Source: Isurus oxyrinchus | Lineage: Eukaryota | Direction: 5' to 3' | DNA length: 64,000 bases | Assembly: GCA_026770705.1 (NCBI GenBank) | Contig: JANJGN010000029.1 | Coordinates: forward strand, 17,360,001 to 17,424,000 | Part shown: in pieces, positions 47,075-58,875 of the stretch | Numbering within the stretch: the first letter of the stretch is position 1 | Layout of the letters: each line of letters begins with the position of its first letter | The notes under the pieces: generated by a model | Told to the model about the DNA's origin: nothing | Database searches by the model: none | Seen by the model: only the letters and a program-made list of their open reading frames with translations | Position numbers and translations under genes: made by a program

Positions 47075-47490
47075 AGCTGGTGGCACAGTCACCTCCAAGT
47101 TAGATCAGGGGTCCAAGCCCCACTCCAGACACTTTACCACATAATCAAGTTCCAGTGTAGTACTGAGGGAGTGCAGCACTGTCGGAAGTGCCGTCTTTTG
47201 GATGAGATCTTTAAACCTAGGCTCCAACGGCACCCCCCAACCCCCCCGATGGATGTGAAAGGTCCCATGGCACCATTCAAAGAAAAGTTGGGGAGATCTC
47301 CCTGGAGTTCTGATCAATATTTACCCCTTAATCTCCTTGGAGATTATCTGATCATTATCACATTACTGTTTTGTGGGAGCTTGCTGTGTGCCAATTGGCT
47401 GCTGCGTTTCCTGGATTACAACAGCAACTGCACCTTCAGTGGGATGTCCTGGTTGTGAAAGGCACTATATAAATGCAGGTTTGTCTTTGT
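47075..47490 (+). mobile_element. DeuSINE-like element
   Basis: cccactccagac...ccagtgtagtactgagggagtg...gtgggagcttgctgtgtgccaattggctgc...gaaaggcactatataaatgcag. Confidence 0.7.
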
Positions 47491-47769
47491 GTTGTACAGC
47501 AGATCTCAGCACATGTGCGGAGCCTGGCCCCAGCTGACACATTTCAACTCGAGAGGGCTGGGCGTCTAGAATACATTTTGAAGGCGCCTGAAGGAATTGA
47601 TGTGCGCCAGCTGTTGGACATGCTGAGACTGCACCTTTTTTTTTAACCCAGCTCCCTCCTCGCTACCTAGAACCTCTGAGTTTAAAGGAACACTGCATTC
47701 TTGGTAAAGGAATTAAGGAAACATCTTTCCTGTCAAGCAGGGAGAGAAGATGGAGCACCAAGGGTAAAC

Positions 47770-48152
47770 AGTGGCATAGCGATAATGTCACTGGACTAAA
47801 AATCCAGAGGCCCCAGGCTAATGCTCTGGGGACATGGGTTCAAATCCCACCACGGCAGCTGGTGGAATTTAAATTCAATCAATAAACCCGGAATTAAAAG
47901 CTAGTTTCAGTCATGGTAAGCATGAAACTGTTGTCGTAAAAACTCATCTGGTTCACTAATGTCCATTAGGGGGGGAAACCTGCCATCCTTACCTGGTCTG
48001 GGCCTACATGTGACTCCAGGCCCACAGCAATGTGGTTGACTCTTTAAAAATGCCGTCTGAAATGGCCTAGCGAGCCGCTCAGTTCAAGGGCAATTAGGGA
48101 TGGGCAACAAATGCCGGCCTTGCCAGCGACACCCACAGCCCATGAAAGAATG
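47770..48152 (+). mobile_element. Near full-length tRNA-derived SINE with LINE-derived 3' tail
   Basis: A box gtggcatagcg, B box ggttcaaatccc, and tail gggcaattagggatgggcaacaaatgc...cccatgaaagaat shared with the LINE tails at 4830 and 24290. Confidence 0.85.
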
Positions 48153-49387
48153 CATTGAGAAAGCAAGTCAACCAGCTGTGGCTCAGTACTGGACATTGCC
48201 ACTGAGTTCCCCTGTTTGATTCCTTGTGATAGTGGGTGTTTAATTGTCAATGTTTTCTGAAGGTGATTCTAAGTCTCCTTTTTAGACTTGAGGGTTTCTG
48301 CACAGATTTTCTATTTCCAGCAACCTTCAGTTTTCATCTGAAGTCAGCGTTCCCTGTTGGGTTATGATTCTCCTGGTGCCAGTTCTGCCTTGCTCAGGTG
48401 GCCCAACATGTGAATGGGCTTCTCGACTGTGATGAGAATCGCAGACATGTACAAACCCATTCTTGACTGGCAGGTTCGTGTGAACAGTCTAAGAAGGGTG
48501 TCACTGGATGGAAATCTGAGGTGAAAATTTGACTGGATTTTTAACCCCTTCCTACAGGGGGGGAATCATAATATCTCTGCCTCTCCTCCCCTGGCCCCTA
48601 AGTGGGGCAGAGGCAAGAAAAATCTGCGCACGTCACAGCTGCATTTTAAACATAAGTCTGCTCGAGACTCTCGTCTTGTGTTGGTCTATCCTGTCCCTGC
48701 TCCCTGACCAAGCCGAGGACAGAAACTGTGTTTACAGATTCGAAGTGGCTTTTCAGATGTCTTCCTTGTAAACTGGTTGACTGTGGTCTGAGTTACACAG
48801 TGGTCTGGCTTGCCGAAACTCAACAGCTTTCTCCTCCTCTTGAGCCTTAAAGTTAACATCTGAGATTTGTGATCTTTTTTTGAAAATAGATATAAATCTG
48901 TCACATGATGATTTAATATAGGTACTGAGGGAGTATGTGTCTGGATTATGGTATAGCATAGCTTCTCTTTGGCTGTGTAGTTTTGAAACAAGAAGACTTT
49001 TTAATGTTTCTTCTGTCACTCTAGGCTTGATTGAGGCCTAGGCCTGAAAGGCTCTGTATTGATTGATAGTGTCTTAGCAAAGCAGCCTAAAGCACTTCAC
49101 TAAAGAGAGACTTTCATTTATATGTAGCATCTTTCGCAACCTCAGGACACTCCAGAGCACTTTATATCCAGTGAAGTACACGTCCTTTCTTTATGAAGCA
49201 TAGTCACTGTTGAAGCCTAGAAGACAATTTGTGCACAGTAAGATCCCACAAATGGCAATGTGATAATCACCAGATGATCAGTTTTTTGCAGTTATTTGTT
49301 GAAGGAAAAATATTGCCCAGGACAGAGGACCTGACAAATGATATAAATATTAGGAGTTGTGCACTGTATTTATAGTGGCTGAAATGT

Positions 49388-50880
49388 CATAAGAACGTAA
49401 GAAATAGGAGCAGGAGTAGGCCATTCAGCCCTTCGAGCCTGCTCCAGCATTTAATGAGATTATGGCTGATCATCTACTTCAACACCATTTTCCTGCTCTA
49501 TCCCCGTATCCCTTGATGTTTTTAATATGTAAAAGTCTATCAATCTCAGTCTTGAATATTCTCAATGACTGAGCCTCCACAGCCCTCTGGGACAGAGAAT
49601 TCCAAAGATTTACCACACTGAGTGAAGAAATTCCTCCTCATCTCACTCCTTAAATGACCTGCCCCTTATTCTGAGGCTGTTTTCCCTGGTTCTAAAACCC
49701 TACCCCCAGCCAGTGAAAACATCCTTCCTGCATCTACCCTGTCAAGCCCTGTAATAATTTTGAATGTTTGAATGAGATCACCCCCTCATTCTTCTACATT
49801 CTAGAGGGCAAAGGCCTAGGCTATTTGATCTTTCCTCATAGAACAATCCCTCCATCCCAGGAATTAGTCTGGTGAACCTTTTGCTGCATTGCCTCTATGG
49901 CAAGTATATCTTTCCTTAGGTAAGGAGATCAAAACTGCACACACCACTCTGGGTGTGATCTTACCAAGGCTCTGAATAATTGCAGCAAGACGTCTTGTAA
50001 CAAAGGGCCAACATACCATTTTGCCACCTTAATTTCTTGCTGTACCTGCATGTTAGTTTTCAGTGACTCATGAACAAGGACATCCAAGTCCCTTTGAAGT
50101 TCAATGCTTCCCAGCCTCTCACCATTTCAGGAATACTCTGCATTTCTATTTCTCCCACCAATAGGGAGAACCTCTCATTTCTCTACCAAATTTTTGCTCA
50201 ATCACTTAGCCTTTCCAAATGCTCTTGAAGCTTCTTCGCATCCTCCTTACAACCCTCACACTTAGTGCTATGTCAGCTGCAAACTTGGAAATGTTACGTT
50301 TAATCCTCACATCCAAATCATTGATTTAGATTGTGAATGTCTGGGGCCCAAGCACTGATCGATGTGGTACCCCACTACTAGACACAGCCTGCTCACCCGA
50401 GAATGACCTATTTATTCTCACTCTTTCCACTCTGAACCAGTTCTCTATCCAGGCCAGTATATTCCACCCAATCCCATATTCCTAATTTTGTTCACTAACC
50501 TCATGTGGGATCTATTTAGCTAGTTGCATCCTCAAAAAAAAAACTCCGACAGGTTTGTTAAATGTTATTTCCCTTTCACAAATCCACGCTGACTCTGGCC
50601 AATCATACCATTAAGTGTCCTGTTATCACAACCTTTATTATAGATTGGAGCATTTTCCCTATGACTAAGGCTAACAGGTCTGCAGTTCCCTGGTTCCTTT
50701 CTTCCTCCTTTCTTAAAGAGTGGGGTAACACCTGCCTCCTAGTCTGCAGGAGCCATCCCATCAATTTTAAAGATGACCACCAGTGCATCCACTATCTCCA
50801 TAGCTACCTCTTTCAGCACTCTGGGATGTAGATCATGCCCAGGGGATGGTCTTTACTTTCAAGTCCTGTTAATTTCTCTC
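49388..50880 (-). mobile_element. Old CR1 LINE, internally deleted
   Basis: cataagaacgtaagaaataggagcaggagtaggccattcagccc tail, and cagtgcatccactatctc..tagctac homologous to 2500-2560. Confidence 0.8.
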
Positions 50881-52279
50881 ATACTTTCTCTTTTGCTAAT
50901 AATATGTTGCATTTCCTCATTTATGCCAGTCCCTTGATTTTAACTCCCTCTGTGGTGTAGTCAGTGGTGTGACATGAGCTACAGCCAAAAGGAAGACTTT
51001 GCTCTGTTCTGCATTAATGCAATGGCATAAGGATGTCATGCACAACTCGCTGGGAGGGAGAGGGTTGGTGTGGGGTTGGGGGGGGGTTTGGGGGGTGGTG
51101 GTGGTGGGGGAAGGAAGGGTGTGGTGGGAAAGGCCAGGGCCCTGTCCCATATTGCTTACCAGTTAGCGCTGGAAGAATGAGCTTGTCGGGTCACCTGGTG
51201 GGAGCAGAAACGAGCTTGGCAATGAAGCCCATTGTGGTGGAACAGCCAGTCTAGTCTCTCACATAATGAATAGCAATTCCAGTTCCATAAGGACAGAGGC
51301 ACTGGGAAAAGGCCCAAAAAAGATGATTCACCAGGATGATGCCATCACCGAGGACTACATTCTGGGACTTTTTCCCTTTTTGTGAAGCAGTCTAATGGAG
51401 ATCTTCCAAACTAAGTGGCTTGGGAGGGTAGACGTAGGTAAAATGTTTCCAATTGTGGGAGAACCACCATCAGGGGGAGGGCATAAATATGTTGTGGTAT
51501 ATTACAAGAGCTGAGCATTTACTTGCACCACCCTGTCTGGGGAATTGTAACTAAAGTGAGTTCGATAAAGGCTGTCTGCAGTTAAGCATGTGTTCCCTTT
51601 TGTGCATTTGCAGCAATGGTCACCAATAAATTCAGTAGGGAATTTGGGAGAAACTTTTTGCACCCAGAGCAAGAATGTCAGAATGCAGAACTTGCTGCTG
51701 CAGGGAGGGGTTGAGATCAACCGCATAGATGCATTTAAGGGGATGTTTGATAAACACATGGGAGGGGAAAAAAGGAATGGAAGGGTATGCTGATAATGTG
51801 AGTTGGCAAGGATTGGGAGGGTGTTCATGTGGAGCATAAACACCAGCATGGATCAGATAGGCTGACTGAGCCATTTTTGTGGTGAAAATTCAATATCATT
51901 AGGTACGAGAGGACTGCTGATCTCACGGAATGTGGCATAACATAATTCATTACCATCAGCACAGGGGAAAAAAAATACTGAAGATTCTTGCATGTCTAGT
52001 GGCTCATGATATTTCCCTTTGAATGAATTTTGAAATAAATTGGCTGTTGGTGAGTGCGGTAACTATTTGGCAAACTAGGGAAAAAACAATGCAGTAACCA
52101 AGGCCTTCATTAAATACAAGGTTTCAACTTGGGGGGAAAAACCCCCAAGGAGCTTCATGCGAGTAACTCATTTCTTTTAAATGTCAGTGATGAATGTTTG
52201 GGTGATTTTATGCACTGTGCAAAGTTTGGTCTCCCTGTAACAAGAGCTCCTTTCAGGGATGCAAAGGAATGATACAAGT

Positions 52280-53030
52280 TTATATGCTGAATTGAACGCA
52301 GAGAAGCGTGCAGTGATACGTTTTGTTAGGAAAAATGAGAGAAGGCAATACAAAATGTTATTCTGAAAGCCGTGCTGGAGCAGAGGGACCTGGGGTATAT
52401 GTGTTCAAATTGTTGAATGTGGCAGGGCAGATTGAGAAAGTGGTTAAAAAGACATATGGACGCCCAGCTTTATAAATGGAGGCATAGAGTACAAAAGCAA
52501 GCAAGCTATGGCGAACCTTCATAAAACTGGTTCAGTTTCAACTGGAGTGTTGTGTCCAGTTCTGGGCACCACACTTTAGGAAGGATGTGAAGGCTTTAGA
52601 GAGAGTGCAGAAAAGATTGACGGGAATAGTTCCAGGGATGAGCCGTTGTTAATTGCTGATGAATTGGAGCAGCTGGGGCTATTACTCTTAGAGAAAGTTG
52701 AGATTTAATAGAAGTGTCGAGAGTCATGAGGGGTCTGGACAAAATAGAGAAACCGAGCCCATTGTTGGAACCGGAGGATACCAGGTTAACATGATTGGCG
52801 AATGAAGCAACGGCAACAAGAAAAATGTTCTTAATGCAGTGAGCGGTTGGCCTAAGGAGTGCAGGGGAGGCAGATTCAATTGTACCTTTCAAAAGGGATT
52901 TGTTAAGGAACTGAGAGCAATCACAGGGCTACGGGAAGAAGTCAGGTGGGTGGGACGAACTGGATTACTCTTGCAAGGAGTCAGCACGGGCACAATGGAC
53001 CAAATGGACCCCTTCCTTGCTGTGACCTAT
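52280..53030 (+). mobile_element. Old CR1 3' fragment
   Basis: ggcatagagtacaaaagca...caactggagtgttgtgtccagttctgggcaccacactttaggaaggatgtg, homologous to 10110-10260. Confidence 0.8.
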
Positions 53031-55112
53031 GATGTTGGTAGGGGAGGAATATTGGCCAAGTTATTGGGGAAGAGCTTCTCTTTGGAGGGATAAGTGCTGT
53101 GGAATCATTGACGTTCATCTCAGAGCAAGAGAAGGCCTTGGCTCAACATGGCACAACATGTTAAACTCAGCGCTTTCCCAATGCCAGGCTGGAAGGTCAC
53201 CAAGATTGTGTTCGAATTTGGCAACGTGGCTTAAATTTACTAAACATCTGGGTGGAAGCTGAGCGAACACCACCCGTTCGTCAAACAGAGGCTGAAGAAT
53301 AGGGAAGATAATGGGGGATTCTGGTTTTAACTGGTGCAGCAGTGGAAGGGAAGAATTAGAATAGATTGTTTTTTAACAGTGAACATATTGCACTGTTAAA
53401 ATATTCCAATCAATTGGCTGCATTTTTCTCTCTCCTGCTGTTGGAAGGTGAGAAAAAACAAAACAGCTGGTTTGCAAATGGGTCTTCAGCAAGGAAGGTG
53501 GAGGATGAACGTGACTGCCTGGCTCAATTCTTTTAAAGATCGTTGTTGGTGCTTCACCTGGTCCCTGTACCGCCTTCAGTTCTCTGAAGGGGATGGAGGT
53601 GGTGGGCTTGTGGGTGATTTTCTAATGGGGGCCGGGAGAAAGCGATTTGTTGCTGGCAGTTTGCCAGTCAGTTGAAGGACCCTCAGCAAGTCATGTGGGA
53701 AATAAGTGTAAACACATGGGGTTGGAGGGAGAGGAGAGAGGAACTGCTTAAAGACATCTGGATTAAAGCTGGATTGTCTGATTTATTGCAGAGCTGAGCT
53801 TGTCCCTGTGTTAAAGAGACAGTGTACCAATTTAGTGACTCATTCTGTCTGAAAAGGACTTGTTCTAGTTCATCTTGATTGCCACTTGTTCTCTCTGCAT
53901 ATGTAATCGGAGAGAAAATGAGCAATTTACTGAAGGAGCCAATGCGTTTGCAATCTGATAGTCATAGCACATCTGCCAGCAACCAAAATGATTGTTAAGA
54001 TTGAGACGTAGTTCCTATTAGAAAGATTACCTTTACCTGAGACGTTGCCCTGATTGACATCGTGGGTACATGGCATATTAGCACGTCCGACTTTTATTGC
54101 AGAATGTTTATTTTTACTGATCGCGCAACTTGCACAACTAGAATTCTGCTGTGAATTGTTAATGGGGAAATGTACACGTGATGCATTCATTTTGCCATCT
54201 CGTCCTTTTTAAACAAATATTGCACGATAGTAACATGAACACGGAGTTACTTTTTCCTCAGTAGAATTAGCTTCATGGTGGCCAGTAACACCTGATCCTG
54301 TGTTAATATTGGACCCAATGAATGATGAAAGAGGATCTTAAGAATACCTCTTTCTCTTCTCCTCCTTCTCCTGTTTTTTGCCTCTTCCTCTCTTTATTTG
54401 CGTGCCCCATGCCGCCACCACCATCGCCCTTCTTTGGGTAACACACACACACACACACCCCTTCCCCCCCCCGAGCAACAATCCCAAGAACAAAATAAAT
54501 AAATTCTCCTGACGTGTTGTTCCAGTGCTGTTTCTATTAGTTGTGTTGCCAGAGTGGTGGCCAAAATCAGCCTGCAGAAAACCAAGTACTCTGCCTACCA
54601 CCAATAAGAATTCAGCAGAATTGTAATTTGGATTCTTTTTAAGGTGTAACTTGCCTTTCGCATGACCTCAATAGATTTATTGCTGATAATTAACTCTTGG
54701 ATTTAAGAACAAGTGATAGATCAGGTCCTACAGCTGTGTTGTGCCTGCCTGGGGACTTCCAAATCCATCTTCTCTTTCCTTTCAGTCTGCTTCTGTTGCC
54801 ATAGCAGCATGTGGTACAAGGAGAGGTGTGAGCAGCTCATAATCACTTCCGTCATGCTCACTCCTATGCTGTGCTGTTGTGTCCTTGCCCTCCCCCCTCT
54901 CGCCTGCTTATGTTCGCACTCGCTCTTGTGCTTTCTCTCCTAGATTTTTTTAAAAGTAGGGATGTGGGTGTGTGTGTGTGTGCTGCTCACATACACATGC
55001 TAATAGCTTGAGAGAGGTAGGCAAACGTAAACAAAATATATGCCTTCAGTGTGAGTCGATATGTGATATGACCAAAATAACAGGGGCCAGTGGATTTGTA
55101 CCAGTGTCAAAG

Positions 55113-55114
<2 letters not shown>

Positions 55115-55192
<78 letters not shown>
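55115..55192. repeat. (CA)39 microsatellite
   Basis: Uninterrupted CA dinucleotide run. Confidence 0.98.
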
Positions 55193-55196
<4 letters not shown>

Positions 55197-57199
55197 GTGT
55201 AACTGTTTAATGATTAAACTCTCTTCTGCCCAGTCTCGCAGCCCCCCCTACCCAATCCTGATAGCCCAAGGCTATTTAATTCAGCACTCTGTGTTTACCA
55301 GCTGTGCCATGCTGCAGTGTGGTTTCTATGGAGACCCGTCAGCAGAGAAGGGCGTTGGGCGGGGGGTGGGATTGGGGGAAGGGAAATGCTCCGGGACATG
55401 ATTGGGAGTATTCCTGCAGAGAAACCTGATGTTCTCCATGCTGCTGGCCAGGGCTTTTTTTTTCCATAGCATTTTAGTGGTGGTGCACGTGGCATGTACG
55501 TTGTCCACTAGTGTGGCTGGGAGACAGAAAGGAAAACTTGTCATGTGCTCTCCGAGCTTCCTGAATGAAACCATTTCCCCCACCATCAGGACACCACGGA
55601 CAAACTATGGAATGATTTAAGATGATTGGTAGTAGGATTAGAGGAAAAACTACTTCACCCAGAGGGTGGTGGGTGTTTGGAATTCGCTGCCTGGTTTGTT
55701 GGTGGAGGCAGAATCCCTCAACTCATTTAAAAGGCACCTAGATCAGCACCTAGAGTGCTGTAACCTGCAAGGCTACCGACCAGGTGCGGGAAGGTGGGAT
55801 TAAAATGGGCAGCTAGGTTTTGTTTTCAGCCAGTGCAGACGTGATGGGCTGAATGGCCTCTTTCTGTGCCGTAACTTTTCCATGGCTCCATGCCGCAATT
55901 TGCCAAGGTCGCCGTGCCAACACCTCGCTCTCTACCCTCTGCCCTCGAACACAGATGAAAGCAGCCATGTCATCAGAAAGTTGTTGCTGGTGTTTGTCAG
56001 TCAGCCTTCCTCAACACCCTGGGACCAATGTTCTGGAAATCCCTGCCCAGCAACCATCAAAGGCATCAGTGGTTCAGGGTGAAACCAGGCAGTAAACAAA
56101 GCATTGTCCACGTCCCAAAGCCAAATTATAACATTTGGGTCTCCACCTGCTCAACCACCTCTAGATTTCTGAGGAACTGACAGGGCTACTATTAATTTGA
56201 ACTGGTGGAGGTTTGAAGTTTAGGTGTTTCCTGAAGGGACTGACTATCGAACAGACCAAGGTGGTGGTGTGTGTGGCATTTACTCTGGTGAGACATTAAA
56301 CTGCAACTCCCTCTGCCCTCCTTGGTGCTTCGGCTGGACCTTTGCTTCTCTTGATATAATTCCACAGGTTGGCAGGGCCTTCTCCCTATTTCTTGGCCAA
56401 CTTTCGCTCCTCAGGCAAAAATGGATGGACAAACGGGTGATTGTCCCCTCAGTGTGGGCCCTGCTGTGTACAAAATGCATAGTTGTGCCTGGAGATTTGT
56501 TGTGTGAAGCATTGAGAGAATGAGTTACAGGGAGGTTTCCCTCTTGGACGGTTCACCTTTTTCTGTCTTTTCTACTCTTTCTCTCACGCTCTCTTCTCTC
56601 CCTTTTCTTCTCTGTGTCTCTCTCTCTCTCTCTCTCTGTGTCAGTCTGTGTGTCTCAGTTATGCTTAATGCTAAGCTGACCTCGTGCATCTTTCATCGCG
56701 ATTATGGATGATAATTCCTACATTTTAAATGGAGATTGGCTGAATTGTTCCTTTAGAGTTACATGCACCATCCAAAGCAGACAGTCTCCAGCTTGAGCCC
56801 TGGGCAGAGTGCGGCTGCTGTAATTAGCCAAAGAGTTTGTTGGGTTGGGGGTGAAGAATGAGCGAGGCTTGCTGCTCCCTAACTCTGCGGTGGTCTGTCG
56901 TTTATGGGGAAGGGATCAGGTTCACGTTTGGCTATGATGCTGCAATGGTCCTGTAGCCCACGATCTTGGCAATTCAAGGGATAAATGGCCTGGTTATTTG
57001 AATGAGGAGAAGGGGAACAGCAGTGAATGTCACCTTCTCTGGGGTGAGGGAGGGAGTGTGGAGGCAGTTGGAGGGAATCTTGTCTTATGGTTGTTGGTGT
57101 GGGATGGTGTGATGACAGCAATGGATGAGTCGGACACCAGGCAGTGAAGGCAGATGGCTGGGGTAGGAAGCTATTTTGTTATTGGCACCGGATGAGACG

Positions 57200-57722
57200 A
57201 CGGCTCAACTGGAGTGTTGTGTCCAATTTTGGGCACTGGAATGAGCAGACGTTACGGAGATGGTGCAGAAAAGATTTACGAGAATGGTTCCAGAGAAGAG
57301 AAACTTCAGTCACGTGGATAGATTGGACAAGCCGGGGTGGTTCTCCTTGTGGAGAAGGTCGAGAGGAGATTTGATGGAGGTTGCTCGAAATCTTGAGGGA
57401 TCTGGACAGAGCAGATAGCGAGAAACTATTCGCATTGTTAGAAGGATCAAGAACAAAAGAACACCAATTTAAGGTGATTAGCAAAAAGATAGCAATGGTG
57501 ACATGAGGCAAAAGTTGTTTTTTTTTTACATGCAGCGAGCGGTTAGGATCCGGAATGCACTGCCTGAAAGGGTGCTGGAGTTAGATTTGATCATGGCTTT
57601 CAAAAGAAAATTGGATAAGCACCTTGTACTAATATGGAGAAAGGGTGGGACTTGCAGAGAGCTGACACGGACACAAAAGGCTGAGTGGTCTCCTGTGCTG
57701 TAGCCGTTCTAGGATTCTGTGA
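57200..57722 (+). mobile_element. Old CR1 3' fragment
   Basis: ggctcaactggagtgttgtgtccaattttggg...gaatgcactgcctgaaagggtg...attctgtgat. Confidence 0.8.
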
Positions 57723-57996
57723 TCAATAAGGAATTGTCAGATAGCCGAAATCTGCAGAGTGGGGTCTTGGTGGATGGGTCAATGTTAATCCAGTTTGTGT
57801 GTGTGTGTGTGTGCGCTTTCTCATTCCTGATCTGTCTAGTTTCCTTTCTCGTTCTGTTCCTCTGCTCCCTCCCTCCCTTTCTGCTCCCTGGTTTGGTTTG
57901 ATTCGGTCTAGCCAGTGCACATGCTGGGAGAAATGGTCAGCACTGTCTCAATTTGTGTGTCAGGAGATGTGCTCAAATGGTGTGTGAATAAATGCA

Positions 57997-58010
57997 GTAA
58001 CCATGGAAAC
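57997..58010. promoter_or_regulatory. RFX X-box motif GTAACCATGGAAAC
   Basis: Close match to the X-box consensus. Confidence 0.45.
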
Positions 58011-58875
58011 CCCACATTGCCTCTGTATTTCTCTAGACTGCTATGTTTTTGGTTCAAAATTCAGATAATTCAACACCTAAATGTTATATCAATCCATGAA
58101 TTTGCTTAGGCAATAGGCTATTAACTTGATTACATGAGTTAACATGGGATCAGTGCCCCCCCCCCCTTAACCCCTGACCCTCATGTTAACATCTGAACTC
58201 GTCTTCCTTTGACCTATCTGGAGCTGTGGTTACAGATCTTTTAACCCTGGTTAATTATTGAAAACCTGCGTCTCTCCAAATGTTGTTCTGTTTTTATTTT
58301 TAGTATTGAAAATCAGGAGGTTTAAGTTTAAAAAAAAAATTAGGCAACACTAGCTTTAATCTTAATGTTAGAACCACTTATATTGTTTACAGTTTCTCTT
58401 GCCCTTTAACCCCCCCCCCCCCCCCCCACTACAAAATGCAATGGTACTGAGGCTAACTCTGGTGTCTTTATTGCTGCCTGAGTTGACATCAGATAAGTTG
58501 GTAGAGGCCAGAGTCAGACACTGAAATCACCACCTCGTCTGCCTGACAACAGACACAACCTCCAGATTCCATTTCAAACGTAATTGTTCATGTTTTCGTG
58601 CAAGTGCCTTTTTAATTCAATCTTGGTGAACCGCATTTTTTTTTCTTGAAACGTGGCAGTCTGTGGTGTTGGTGTGCACACAGTGCTTTTTGTAGCAGTT
58701 GGATACCACTGAGTGGCTTGCTAGGCCATTTCAGAGGGCAGTTAAGAGTCAACCACATTGCTGTGGTTCTGGAGTCACTTGTAGGTCAGGATTTCTTCCC
58801 TAAAGGACCTGTGAACCGGCTGGGTTTTTATGACCATCTGGTAGTTTCATGGCTATTAATGAGATGAACTTTTTA

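Noticed and set aside
46844-47458. 204-aa ORF and other long ORFs in the track (e.g. 31679-32212, 16722-17186, 27706-28167)
   Set aside because: They overlap SINE/L2 relics or show no domain signature or splice structure, so they are chance open frames.
55585-55603. REST/NRSE site (caccacggaca core; also tcagcacc-ttca-ggacagc at about 1949)
   Set aside because: The left half-site is disrupted or the spacing is non-canonical, so it is too weak without binding data.
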